A DNA stretch of 64,000 nt from Camelus dromedarius. Its lineage: Eukaryota. The stretch is from positions 22,754,001-22,818,000 of the forward strand of contig NC_087467.1 of NCBI RefSeq assembly GCF_036321535.1, read 5' to 3'. Below the pieces are notes generated by a model, which was not told where the DNA came from, did no database searches, and was given only the letters and a program-made list of their open reading frames with translations. Positions 1 through 12,812 of this stretch are shown here, one piece after another. How positions within the stretch are numbered: position 1 is the stretch's first letter; each line of letters begins with the position of its first letter. The position numbers were made by a program, and so were the translations under genes.

Positions 1-1289
1 GAGGCAGGTGCTTGCTGCAGCCTGAAGGCGGACTGTGGAGTCTGCAGAGGGTGCGCCCCACGAAGGCAGGACCTTGTTCTGTTCACTGCTGCATCCCCGC
101 ACCTGACACGGAGGCGGTCCACGGCAGCCCCTGTACCTGCCTGCTGACTGAAGGAAGGGGTTACCCAGGCGGGCAGGGAAGGGAGCGCATCACAAGGCAG
201 GAAGGGCAGCCAGCATCCCAGAGGCAGAGGACAGCACGACGTGGTCAAGGAACTGTGAGCACTTCAGGATGTCCAGTGCACCAGCTGGGGGTGGGCGGGG
301 AGGGGCGACACCTGCAGCTTAACCAGAGATCACGTGGCTCCCAGCCCAAAGCCTCTCTCTCCTTTTTAATTCACCTGTAACAGTCGCTAGCACTTGCTAA
401 GCACGCATGGAGTACCGGACACACCCAAGCATACTACGGGGGCGAGGACACTGGGGCGCGCAGGTCCACACCCATCCTCTGCGCGCCTGCTGCTCCCTGC
501 AGCCCGAGACGTGGGTGCATCACGGGGCGGGCGGAGGGGGGGGAGGTCTCCAGACCTGGCCGTGCGGCTCAGCTGGATCCCCCGCTGCAGGGCTTGTGTT
601 GCTGAATCTTCTTTCCTTGACGTCTTCAGGCAGGAAGAGCACATGGACATGTGTTCTCCGGGCTGAGCCAACAAGAGGGTACTCTTCAGGCCCAGGACTG
701 ATCCGCATCGTCCACGACTCTCCCGCGGAGGGAGGGCATCGGACATTAGGCGCCAAGAAGCAAAGCAGACGTTGTCGGCTCTGAGAAGCCCAAACCCGTC
801 TCCCCGTGGGTCAGAGGGAGAAGACTCCCTCTGGCTTGTCCAAAGAGCAGATAAACATCATGGCTTTTTCCAAGATTCCTTTAGGTCCTTCAAACAAGTG
901 TTTGGCTTGTTTGTTTAGAGATGTGAGGAAATCACCCCTCTTACAAAAACAAGCAAAAGACACCAGGCTCCGCCCTCCCAGTCTGAGGGGGTTCCCATTC
1001 CAGGTCCGAACCTCCCTGTGGAGAGAGGGCTCAAGCCCCTGGCCACTGAGCTGCCCCAGGGTTCGATGCCCTTTCCCTTTCTAATGGGGAGAAAATGCCT
1101 TTTTGATATTGTTTTAAAAACTGAGAAAAGTAGACATTTCACAAAGCAAAACGTGCTACAAAATTCAAGATGAACAAACCACAAGTCTATAACGTGTCCT
1201 TTCCAAAAGACAACGTTCTGATGTCAGAAAGAGTGACCACATTCCTGGATGCCCTCAGATGCTCGGCCTCCCACCTTGAGTGAGTCCTG

Positions 1290-2200
1290 GACCCGCTGCC
1301 CAGTTTGCTAGTTCCGGTGCAAAACTAAAATGCGCACTTCTTGTTCAAAAAGTCCCTGAGAGTACTGAAAAATAAAGTAACTTCCCTTTCTTCCGTTGTC
1401 TTTCTCTCAAATTGCCACCACATTTTAAAAATTTGCCATTTCAGTTCTACAGGAAGGAAAATTTAAATTCAAATTATTAGCCAGAGGTCACCAGAAATCT
1501 CTGTACCCTGCAGCGCCAGCTTCCAATACAAACAAGCAGGTAACGCACGCACAGAATCGCCGAGTCCACACACCGGGCACCCTGCACCTTGCACGTGCGT
1601 CTGCACGTGGCTCTCAGCCGGACGGCTGACAGGCCGCACAGAACGAATCCCGTGCCCTTCCTGCCCCTTCTCCGCACGCCCGTGTTACCGGCGCTCTCTG
1701 CTTAGTGGACGGGTGAGCAACAAAGCACTAAAGGGAGAAGGAAATGAGTGTGGTCTTGTTTTCCCCTCTCTCTCTGTGTCCTCACTAAGCGTAAGGGGTC
1801 GGCTCCCCAGGGGAGTGACGCGCGCAAGACGGGGGATGATGGCTTCCCTGTGCCTCAGAAACGGATTCCTGTTCAAACAGAAGGCGTGTCCCTCTGGGGG
1901 CGGTCAGCGCTCCACCCCTTCCCCGGCCACAGGTACCACGCCCACCTTGCGCTCCCACGCAGGCGGGTCCCCTGGATGTTGGGGCTCGTGGCACCAGGAA
2001 CGTCAAAGGCCACTGGAGCGGTGGACACGTGGACATGAGGACACGAGTATTGTGTGTTTCTCCTGCTCACGTCACACTCCGGTGTCCTGTGGACCCCGCT
2101 TGCAAAACACAAGTTCAAAGAAGAAAATACCGAAAATTTCGAGACAGGAGGAACAGAGCATCACTCCAAGTGTGGGGCCTTCCTGGTGGGGGCAGGGGCG
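1290..2200. mobile_element. MER45B-like hAT-Tip100 DNA transposon relic
   Basis: Collinear similarity to the recalled MER45B consensus at both ends and internally: GGTGCAAAACTAAAATGCG..TTGTTCAAAA (~1316-1340), CTTCCCTTTCTTCCG, and CAAAACACAAGTTCAAAGAAGAAAATA..CAGAGCATCACTCCAAG..GGGCC (~2103-2180). Boundaries are approximate. Confidence 0.6.
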
Positions 2201-2599
2201 GGGGCGGGGAGGGCTGGTGCCGGGTCAGGTCGGGCCCCCCCCCCCGGAGCTGCCCCGTCCGTGAGTGAGTGGGGTCCTCTCCCAGACCCTCACCCAGCTC
2301 TTCCCCTCCAGTGTGTGTCCATCTGTTGGCTCCCCCAACATCTAACTTCCTAAGATTGAAACCTACCACAGTCCAGCTGCTGGTGCCCCTGAGAATCCAG
2401 CCATCCGGGCCCAGGTGCTGCTGTAAATAACCGGCCAACATAAAATGTATGTTTCCAGGCTCCCCCAAGAGCAGTGCTGGGCCCCAGAAATCCTCTCCCT
2501 GACAAGGTCCTCACGCCAAGACCCCCTGGGCTGCCTGCTGCCCTCACCACACACGCCTGCAGAGACCCAGGTCTGCACGAACATGACGACAGTGAGATG

Positions 2600-3130
2600 C
2601 CACCGCTTCCCACGTTGTTTAAATAATTCGTGAAACTCACCCAAGAGAAAAAGCAGCTAACACACAGGAAGACGTGCAATCTCACTAAGACTAAGAGTAG
2701 AAAATGTAAAACCAACGTGAAGTAGAAGTTTTCACCCGTGAAACGACCGATTAACTTTAGACCGTGGTAACCGACGGAAACAAAAGTATGGGAGACAGAC
2801 ACCTTCGTTCCCTATTTAATCCAATGCGAATTTGAAGACCCCTTTCGTAAAGGAGTGAGGGAGAACCGTCCCACGTAAATTCTGTACGGTTACCCAAAGG
2901 GCTGATGCAAAATCAGGGAGAGACTTGCACCGGAAAATGTTCATTAAAGTATTGTTTGATAGCAGTGGAAACACTAGAAATAACCTACTTAGCAATAAGG
3001 AAGCAGATTGATGGATTTCGTGTATAGAAAACTATTCAAATGTTTTAATTAAGAAAAAGCAGTAGCAAGACGTTTCTGGTGTTACGTGAAAAAGGCACAC
3101 ATTCCTAGCTGAGCTATGCTTACATTGCAT
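2600..3130 (+). mobile_element. Old L1M (L1ME-like) 3' relic
   Basis: Degenerate L1 3' motifs such as AATGTTCATTAAAGTATTGTTTGATAGCAGTGGAAACACTAGAAATAACCTA; AT-rich relative to the flanks. Confidence 0.45.
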
Positions 3131-3953
3131 AAAATGCAGTACTCGGAGCAACAGGACAAAGGAATACACTTTGATTCATCCAGTGACAGAGTGTAATATT
3201 TTTCCCCCTTTTATCTTGGTTTGCAGCAACATTTTATGGTGTCTTTTGGGCAATTACACTTTTTTTTACTGTGATTAAATTCAGATACCATTTAATTTTC
3301 TCAGCAATTATGTGGTGACACTGATTTATGATTTGGCACAAGGAAGCCCATTTGACACACAGGGTTGTTATGAAAATAAAATGACGGGACACACGTGAAC
3401 ACACTGAATAACCTACAGTGAACTATGTAACACTGTAAACTATGAACTGTAATCCTTAGCTACTGTTTTGCTTCCAAAGCCGTCAGCTTTGGAAGGACTT
3501 CTCTGACAATACTGTCTACCAAGCACATCCCTCCCCGAGGGTCTGGGCCCCACTTACGCTGCGCCCTGGACAAGCAAGTCCTCTTGGTGCGACAACATGG
3601 CAGAAACTTAAATGTGAGGATGGAGACTTCAGGGCACTTCTTGTCCCTGTGGGGCGAGCAGTATGCTTCTTAAGACAGTTTCTAAGACATGGCGGCATTA
3701 GAGATCTCAGGAAGGAGTTCTGATTCAGAAGGAGGGGAGACAGCCCAACCATACGGACACGCCGTGAGCCGGAAGATCAGAAAGCCAGGGTGCGGCCGGC
3801 TGTGCGGCCTCCTCGCCAGGGAAGGCGGGACAAGCCAGAAGAGCCTTCTGGACCGCGGCCTGGGCCGAGGGAAACGAGGCAGCACTACAAGTGAGCCTCC
3901 CCTCCCAGTTACTGTGGAGAGCGAACGCGCCGTGCGCCACGAAGCTTTGGGAG

Positions 3954-4017
3954 CTACCCCAACGGAGCTCGGAGACTGGATGGAAAATGGTCTCCACGCT
4001 CTCCGGGTCGCAGACGC
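3954..4017 (-). CDS. Candidate terminal coding exon (unverified)
   Basis: Minus-strand acceptor gccgcttcccgacag at 4018-4019. If joined to the 5098-5172 exon it reads RLRPGERGDHFPSSLRAPLG*. An alternative frame stays open to 3725. No homology recognised. Confidence 0.15.
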
Positions 4018-5097
4018 CTGTCGGGAAGCGGCTCTGTGTGCACCCCCAAGGGAGTAACTGTGTCTAGTGAGTGACAAATGCCACGGAGGTGGGTGTGTGG
4101 TGCCTGTATCCGGTGATGTGTAAAATGTCACGTACGGTTTCTACGTTACGTTGTGTCTCGATCTCACTAATAAATCCAGGCACCCTACAGATTTAGGGCA
4201 AGGGCCGTCCTTGCTGAGACACAGCAGATTCAGTGGTCAGTTCTCACCTGCTGGGCGGCCCTGGCCACCCGGGCTCGGCCCCTTGGGCTAGTCTGGTCCT
4301 GGTCTTTGCTCCTTGGCACTGACTGTCCTCTTTGCGGGGACGTTCACATGGGTGAGACGCGCTGCACCGCCACCCCCGTCTTTCTTCCAGGCTGCAGGAA
4401 GGAAACAGGGACACAACAGACAAGGGGCTCGAATGTTCTTGATTCGGTGCGTCCACGTGCGTTTGAGCCGGAAGCGCAGGTGAAGAGGGCGTGACTGTCT
4501 CCCTTCCCTGTGCATCCAAACCTTGCTTCTTGCCCCCTTCCCAGCTCAGCTGGCACCTGAGCGGTCTCAGGTTGGCCCGGGGTAGGGTTAGGACCCGAGT
4601 CCTTTCTGCAGTGGCCCCCATGTCTGCGCCGGGACCCTGGGACGCACTCAGCTCCGCCTGCATATCCTGCATCCACAGCATGACGCAGGGCAACCGGGGC
4701 TGAAGGGGAGCCCCTGAGAAGGCCTGGCCACACGTGGTGCGGTGACGTCGCCCCGCCCCAGCCCCTCCCCAGGGTCTCCTGCGGTGGAAGCAGGTGCCAC
4801 GGTCCCCCTCCCCTCTGCAGTAGGTAAACAGGAGTGTGTGGGGACTTGAAGTTAAAGATCCACTTTCAAACCCCAGCTTCCGCACCTAGAAGCTGCAGGA
4901 CCCAAGACGGTTACTTAAAAGTGTGTGTCTCTGTTTCTGCTGAAAGGACGAAGGTGAGGTGTGCAAGAGGACGGGGACCTCACCAGCTGCGCAGGACGCA
5001 AGGCCCTGGCCACCAAGGCTCTGGTGAAGGACGCCGGAAAGCAAGAACAGCCCCACCCTGTCCCGGCAGCACGCACCTCGTGGCTGCAGGACGTTAC

Positions 5098-5172
5098 CTT
5101 GCGTCCTCTGGTCCCTTGCTCTTAAGAGCTGAGTGCTTCTGAGACATTATCTCATCAGTGCGCAGACCATTC
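5098..5172 (-). CDS. Candidate 75-nt symmetric exon (NGLRTDEIMSQKHSALKSKGPEDA)
   Basis: Acceptor ccttcctccctccctcccag and donor AAG|gtaacg; only one frame is open (phase 2-2). Product not recognised. Confidence 0.3.
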
Positions 5173-6559
5173 CTGGGAGGGAGGGAGGAAGGAAGCCAGA
5201 CACACTTCGAGCTCAGCACTTCTCTGAGCCAAAGCGCGCGAGACCCCTGTGCAGGCGGGTGTCTTCTGGGCACAGAAACAGCAGGAGACAAACCGCACGC
5301 AGGGAGGCCCGCGGGCAGAGCCGTGATGCCTTTAGAGGAAGGTCTGTATCAGAAGTCCCCCTCCTCCATTTCTCGACAAATGGAAGTGTTTACGGAGTTT
5401 CGCTCCCAGAAGGGAGATGGGAGACCATGGAATTCTAGCCTCCCCAGGTCCTGAGGCCGTGGCTGTGGACTTCCTCACTCGGCACACGATGGTGACAGGC
5501 GTCTCGTTGCCCTTTGAGGGCGAACTGTAAAATCTACCCCGAACTGACGAGGCCAGAAACATGCGGGCGCCTGAAACACACAGCTAAGTCGCAAGTCAGC
5601 GTGCTCTCGCTCCCCTGCGCGCAGGTATTAACGGATCGGACGGACGCGCTGATCAAACAGGACGGAAACGTATGGAGAGTGGGGAGCAGTGCTTCCCAAG
5701 GGCCAGGGACTCTCTGCGCCGAGACACGATCAACACGGTGTCAATATCCGGTCCCATTAGTTCCCAGAGGGACTGTTTCCCTCGAGAGTTGCTTTTGGCC
5801 CAAGGATGAGGAGGTAAACACGAGTCCGCGACGGCGAAGTCTGGGAAATGCACCTCCAGCTGGGGGCAAGTCCTGTCTGGAGGAGCGACGGCTGGGAGCT
5901 GCCAAGAGCTTGGCAGAGGGGCGCTCTCAGGAGAAGGGGGAGCCGGTGGGGGAGAAGAGCTGGGAAGGGTGGGGACTGACAAAGCCGGGCCGCACAGAGC
6001 ACTCAGACGTGCACATGACACCCTGGAGACGGCCCACTTTGAGAAAGGGGCTGCTGTCGGGGCCTACGGCGGGATCACGGCCTCCCCGGGGAGGTGCTCC
6101 CCATCAAGCAGGGGCCGCGCTGTGCGTAGGGGCGGCCAGGCCTCACTGAGTGTCTGATGGTGTCAAGGAGTCCCCTGGGCTCCAAGGCCAGACACTGACA
6201 GCTCTGAGGGTCCCTCCTAGAAGATTGAATACAAAATGATTTAAGAAAAAAAATGCTTAATTTGAATTGGAAACCTCCATATTTACTCACAATTCTAAAA
6301 AATACGTATTTGCAGCTTTGTCCACTGAAAAGTTCAGGGGACGAGGATGTCCCAAAGCAGTGGGCATCCCCAGTGCCGTGTCTGGCTTCCCCAGAACCAT
6401 CTCCCACCAGAAGGAGTCCTGACTCAGAGAAGACACAGCTGAGTCCAGGTCTGCATGAGCAAAGTGCAGAGTGAACCAGGAAGCGACGGTCCACGGAGGA
6501 TGGGACTGGCCAACGTGGCCCGGAGACAGGCCAAAGGGGCATTCCTGGTCAACTGTAGG

Positions 6560-7600
6560 GATTCTGAACAGTAGACAAAATATTCGCGGTAACAGATTTT
6601 AACATGAGTAAGTAACATGAGTCCATATGGATGTTCCAAAAAGGGGAGGCTGGAGAGAACACATTTCTTTATACATAATAACCTATAAACAATGATACAG
6701 AAGACATGATGGAAGGTGGCATGCACACCCCCCACCACACAGAGACTCAGGCAGGAACCATTAATGGAATCTAAAAGCAGTAGGTGGAAGGAGGGGAGGA
6801 AGCTGCCGGGGAGCAGGTATCTGCAGAGCGTCGCCCAGCAGGTGACCGTTAGCTGCTGAGGGAGAGCAGACCCATCTGTCACCGTGAACAAGTCACCACG
6901 CTCCATTCTGACGCTGGGACGTCACCGGGCGCTGGAGGTTCTGTTCTCTGAAGGGCCCCACGTCACCTCTGAAGTCTTCACACTGGACGTAATGACCCCT
7001 GGACATCTGGTTTAAAGGAAACTCCAGGAGCAGCAGGGACCAGCTAAATGACACCATGAGGGGCCAACCAGACCCAGACCTAGAGCACCCAAGACGTGGG
7101 CTGAACGTTTTACAAGACAAAAGGGGCGACATCGCCACCACACACGATGCGTGAACCTTGATCAGACACTGGTGCAAAACGGAAAAAAAAAAAAAAAAAA
7201 GCTCTGTAACACATTTTGGGAACTTTGGGAGAAATCTGAATATGAATTGGATATGGGACAGTATTTTTAAATGCTGGGGTTTTTGGTTAGATACAACAGC
7301 GACCTTGTAGAAGAAGGGTCTTAGAGGAGACGCCTGGTGGACTGTTCAGGAGCGAAGCTGCATCATGTCTGCAGTTTATTTTCAAATGGTTAATAGCAAC
7401 GATGACACTTACACAGTATAGACAGACAGGTAGGTAGACAGACGGGGGGAGAGAAAGAAAGGGGGTAAGTACAGTGAATGTTAATGTTTTTGGGGTCTAC
7501 ATAAAGGATATAAGCATTTATTGCATTTTCCTTTCAACTTTTTCTGTGTGTATAAAAATTTTGAAAAATTGGTAAAAAAAAATTCTAAGTATCTCCTTTA
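6560..7600 (+). mobile_element. L1MC4-like 3' UTR relic
   Basis: CTAAATGACACCATGAGG..AACCAGAC and AACACATTTTGGGAACTTTGGGAGAAATCTGAATATG motifs resemble the recalled L1MC4 3' end. Confidence 0.5.
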
Positions 7601-9584
7601 AGTGTTAAATAATTCTAGACCAACAGAAAGAACAGCGCTTTCCATCAAACAGAAAATGCTCCCCAAAGCTCTGCTGACCGCAGGCTGGCCCCTTGTAGCG
7701 TCAGCAAGTGCTCGGGACACACTGCTCATAGAATTAAGGCTTCTGAGTCCCACGCGTCCCATGAATGTTTAGACCTAAGCGAGCAGAGACAGCAAAGTGC
7801 GCTTTCATTTTTAAACAGTTTATGTCTTTTCGTATATGCATATCTTAAGTGGCTCTAACATTTAAGACTTTTCCCGTGTCTCATTTATAGCTCGAGGAAA
7901 GCTTGCTCTGACTTTGAAAACTTTTAAGAGTTTAAAAGATTAAAATTATCTTAAGAGGCTTTATGAAGGTTTTCAGAACCAGGCAGCCATTTCATGGCTG
8001 CAGAGCCTGGCACGCGCCCAGGGTCCGGGTCTGGTCATCCCGGAGCCGCGGCACCGAGCACCCCAGCGGTGCGGTCTGGTCACTGCCCTGCGCGCCTCTC
8101 CAGACGGGAGGAAGGGCAGCGAGCCGTTTTCATCCCACTTTTCCCCCAAAGAGAACAGAAGCGAAACCATGCCAACGAGAGCATCGGATCACACGCACAC
8201 GAATTTGCTAATTCAAAGGGTCTATGAAGCGGCTCTGGCTCGCTCGGACGGCCCCTGGCTGTGAAACGCTCTCTTCATCCACACCTTCTCTTTTCCTCCC
8301 CACCCCACCCCCAAACCCCGTTCTCTCTCTCCTGCCTCCCTTCCCAGTTCACAGCGCCCCCTGCCCCGTTCAAATCCAGGCTCCCTGGAGCGTCTTCAGA
8401 AACCAGATGGGGTGGACCAAACTGACGGAGGCTGTGCCGTGAGGAAAGGGGCAGAAGGGAGTGTTTCTGGGGGAATCGAAGACACACCAAGCTCAGGAGA
8501 GCACTGAACTGCCCGCCTCGACCTTCCGCCTGGAGAGCAGCCCTCCGCCGCCTGCTTTCTCCGCCGCCTCCGCACTTCCAGCCCTGGTGTCCTCCTCCGT
8601 CCTGCCCCACCGCCCCGCTTTCAGCCCCAGGCGCAGCCCAGCGAGAGCCCAGGGACAGCCACGTGTGCCACACGCTACATCGTCAACACTGGGATCCCAG
8701 CCCATCCCACCCCCGGGGGCCGTAGACAGCCCCAGGGGGTATAGTAACCCGCCCGAGGAGGCGAGGGGGGAGTCTCTGAAACTCAGATGCCAAGAAGACA
8801 CGCCCCGGGCCCCTATACGCTGCGTATAGGGACACCCAGTCTATTCAAACCACAGGGGCCAATCTACGAACACCAACCCCGTCCTCAAACGATGTTTACC
8901 AGAAAGTTGTACAACATTGATTGACTAAGATTCAATCTCTCTGCCAAGTAAAGGAAGCCCCCCTCACCACGGGTCCTGTTCTTTAGAATCACACAGTGAG
9001 TCACAGGTAAAGCCAGCCCTGCCCTGCACTCGTGTCAGCCACCAGGGAGAGGCGCGGGTGCCCAGGCAGCCCCGAGTCCTGGCCGTGCAGAGCTCTGGAT
9101 ATCGTTAGGGCCAGCGCTTGGAATGCAGAGCCTCTTCGTAATATCTTACACCTGTAACAGCAACTTATGATTTGCAACCCGGGCCCCAGACACGTCCTGG
9201 AAAGTGCTCCTAATCCAGGATGGTTAACGTTAAGTGTCTCTTGAAATGTCTGTGTTTCCCGGGCTATGCCACTTGGCAAATTCCAGGATGTTCTGGCCAA
9301 GTCTCCCCTCCTCCCGCCATGGGCCTCACGGGATGGCCAGCTGAAGTGATTCCGAGTGACTCAGACCCTCCCTGGTCCCACAGCTCCTGCAAAAGCCATC
9401 AGGGGTCGGTGCAAAGTTGAGTAAAACTCCAGAGACCCATCAGGTGGCCACGTCTTTCCTCTGGAACGTCAGTCCTGAAATAACCTCGTCGATGTCCAGG
9501 TCAGGCAAGTCCCCCAAGAAGCATCCAGCAGGCATTCCAGCCTGCAAACTGGAGCACTGGGCTGCCCCAAGGAGGAACCGAGGT

Positions 9585-9745
9585 GGGGAGGGCGGAGCTC
9601 AGGGGGAGGGTGCGCGCCCAGCAGGCACAAGGCTCTGGGTTCCATCCCCAGTACTCCATTAAATAGATAGACAGACAGACGATAAGTACCTCCCACTAAA
9701 TAAACAAACAAAAGGTAATATAATAAATTTCTAAAAAATAAAAAG
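9585..9745 (+). mobile_element. Camelid-type tRNA-Ala-derived SINE
   Basis: Head GGGGAGGGCGGAGCTCAG..GGGTTCCATCCCCAGTACTCCATTAAA with degenerate A/B boxes and an A-rich tail; homologous to copies at 21.0, 28.95, 46.2 and 55.07 kb. Confidence 0.85.
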
Positions 9746-10387
9746 AAGGAACCGAAAAGGCACCGCACTGACAGAGCTGCAGAGCCACAGCAAGCCTGCC
9801 TCCCGCGCCCCGTCCTGCCCCTTTCATCAGACACAGAGACGCCCCTGGAGCACCTCCTGCAGGCGGGGCGCCCCTACACCCCGCCGCCCCTCACCTGGCA
9901 GCTCAGCACGCTGCCCGCCGCCGGGAGTTGCCCTGCGTGCCTTCTCACACACCACCGAGCTCCCTCTTCACTGCCTGTGCCCCACTGCTCAGCCCTAACC
10001 TGCTGGACGGGGACGGGCTGTGTCCTAGTCACTGCTGTACACTCAGCGCCACCCTCCCTGGAGGACATGGCCACGAGGTGAACATCAGTCTCGGGTCCTA
10101 GAGACGCCCCCTACCCGCCAGGAGCCAAGGACTCCCCAAGAAAAGGCATGTGTGACCCGCAGCCCAGCCAGGGCCCCTCCTCCCTCGGGCTGCTCTAACC
10201 TGGGCTGGCCCGAGCTCAGCGCGCGAGGACGTGGGAGGTGCTGGCGAGGAATGGTCTGGGCGACCGTCTGCGGGCCTCCCCGACAGCGGAGCATACAGAC
10301 AGCGGGCAAAGTGCTGCGGATTAAAAGGGGCACTCTCCTTCAAGTCACAAACTACACAGGACATCTTCATATCTTGTGGCTTAAGAA

Positions 10388-10406
10388 TGAGAGAGAGAGA
10401 GAGAGA
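10388..10406. repeat. (GA)n microsatellite
   Basis: Direct reading of a GA dinucleotide run. Confidence 0.9.
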
Positions 10407-12436
10407 CTATGGAAGTCACGGGGCCTGAGACGGCCCCAGGCTTTGTGCACAAGGAAGCCCCAGCTAAACACAAGGAGGAATTTCTGGCTTCGCCCCACAG
10501 AGCAGGCAACAAACCCCAGCGTTTAAATCCAGGCTGGTGGCTCAACAGGGTGCAGAACTGAGTGGGCTCGATGATGTATGGGCCTGTCAGGCTCGCAGCA
10601 GGTTTCGGCTTGGCTTAGGGTACAGCTCCTCAAAGTGCACAAGTCACTGCTACCAAACGCCGGTGCGGGCGGTGGGGCACAGCCCGCCACGTGTGCACAG
10701 AGCTTCTTTGTTGAGCCCGGCAGAGTTGATGGCAGTAGGCCCTTAAGCTCTCATTCCTTTTAGAGTTTACTTTAAATTTGACTCGGAGAAGAAAGAAATC
10801 ACACGGTTTAAAGATCATTTGGGGCTCATTTTTCATCCAGGCTTACTCAACTATAGAAAAACAAATGCATTTTCAAGAACACAGTCTTTGTCCATCACAT
10901 TGCAGGATCCACATGAAAGGCAGGAGTGACTCAGCAGGGATACACCACGCTGATGTGCATCCAAAACCTAGGCTTGGCTAAGAGAAACAAGGTGGCCACG
11001 GGCTTTATTCTAAAAGCGTCACCACAACAATGGACCCATCCACTCTGCTAACACACCAGCCTTATCAGTGATAACAGCCTTCCTGAGAGTTCCCAAGTTC
11101 AAGAATCTCAGAGAAGAAGGCAAATTCAAAAAACAATGCACGTTCCAGAAGTTTAATTATATTTCAGTTATTTGTGCTTTAAGTCCAGACGAGGGAGAGG
11201 TGGGTTCCAGGCGTATCAAGAAACAAGGCAATGCATTCAGGAGGATTTAATCCGTCATACAACTCAGTCACAACACTTCCGAAATCTAACTGCCACTGAA
11301 AACGATGCTTCTGTAACAAGTGGGTTGAGGTTCCAGTGTAGGATAGTAGGGGAAAAGCAACTAACCCCACACCCCCCAGCCCCTGGCCTGAGAGCCTCGG
11401 GGCGCACAGCTCTCCCACCCGGGGGATGGGGCTGGGGGCTCAGTGCTGAGAGGGGCCTGGGGAGACAGTAAGGAGAGGCAGGTCTCCCCCCGGCAGGAGC
11501 CTGATGTGAACTAAGTTGGAAGACTGATGCATAAATGAGAAGGGAACGTTCTTCCCCTCCTGGTCGAAGTCACTGATCATTTGTAATTGTCTGTCACCCG
11601 AGTAGGGCGCAGACACATGTACGTTGAAAAGAGCTCGGGCCACTGTTGAGACGGTTTGGAAGGTCTGCTCCAGACGCGTCACCTTCAAGCTGCTTCAGCC
11701 ACACCCACCACTAGAACGACCCCGTACCTGCAGACCACACCCACGTCCACGTGGAACCAGAGACGAAGCGCAGCGCACGATGTCTGTCTCCGCTCCGTGT
11801 GCTGCAGCCTGTCTGCTGGTCTTCTCTGTTTGGTCCACAGGCGTTCGGGCTGCCACCCGGGAACGGGCTGAGACTTCCAGCTCAAACAACTACTTGAGAA
11901 GACACAAAACCCCCTTTCTCAGGTCCCCTGAGAGAGTTTGTTTTGATGAGCAGATCTTCCACCTTGATTTCACCGGGCGCTCGATGGTGGTCACCCCCGT
12001 TCCTTTTCCCCCGGCCACTTGGCTCCCCTGAGCACCACCAGAGACCATTCAGTCCACGTGTCTGTTCAGCAACCATCAGGCCGGCACTGCGGGGGGACGC
12101 CGTGCATCGGGCACGTGTAGATGCCCGAGACGCTCTCACGGGAAAGCTCCTGTCCGTCAGCTTCAGCCCAAAGCACACGTCACGCTCAGGTCACATGTAC
12201 AGGACGGGAGACAGTGAAGTCAGGTGATCTGGCAGAATCTCAGGTACATGAGCCATAATTACTGTATTTCTAAGACCTCTGAGTCTTCAAATATTTAAAA
12301 GGATGAATAAAACGGGGCTGTGTAAGGGGGATAAGGAACAATACTACAGCAATGAAGTTATTCCTCACTGCCTACCCCAGAAATCACTGGACAAAAAGCT
12401 TGACGGGAACCTTGAAATCTTCTCCAACCTACTCAC

Positions 12437-12538
12437 GTTGCTTTTCCTTCGAATCGTTGCACTGAAACAGGGCAGCAAACTCGCCCTCCACGCTGGTTAT
12501 CCGCACAGACCCCTGTGCTTCAGACTCCCAAGGCAGGG
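12437..12538 (-). CDS. Candidate 102-nt symmetric exon (LPWESEAQGSVRITSVEGEFAALFQCNDSKEKQ)
   Basis: Acceptor gattttatttatttcacag and donor AAC|gtgagt; one open frame, phase 1-1. Product not recognised. Confidence 0.33.
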
Positions 12539-12812
12539 CTGTGAAATAAATAAAATCAGTGCTGTTACTCCCAGCATAATTCATGGTTACGCAGAGGACA
12601 TACTGACTCTGAACACGATGTAAAGGATGCTTAAGAAGCTGTTGAGTGTGTCAAGTTTTATATATTGCCAGAGAGACAAAAATAAAGTAAAATAAAACAA
12701 AGTAAAAAAAAATAAAATAAAAAATACCGATATACTGACTGATTCATACAGGCTTTTCAGATGAAAAATACTTCCTATGGAAATTATGAATTTATTTAGA
12801 ATGGCAGATTTA

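Noticed and set aside
5514-6149. 211-aa plus-strand ORF, and similar long ORFs at 4244-4885, 14585-15157, 17164-17697 and 57038-57604
   Set aside because: No recognisable domains, Arg/Pro/Gly/Ala-rich, with overlapping ORFs in several frames; expected in GC-rich DNA where stop codons are depleted.
8811-8831. Perfect 10-bp inverted repeat CCCTATACGC-T-GCGTATAGGG
   Set aside because: A 10-bp arm pair is within chance expectation for 64 kb, the arms do not extend, and it is too short for a miRNA hairpin.
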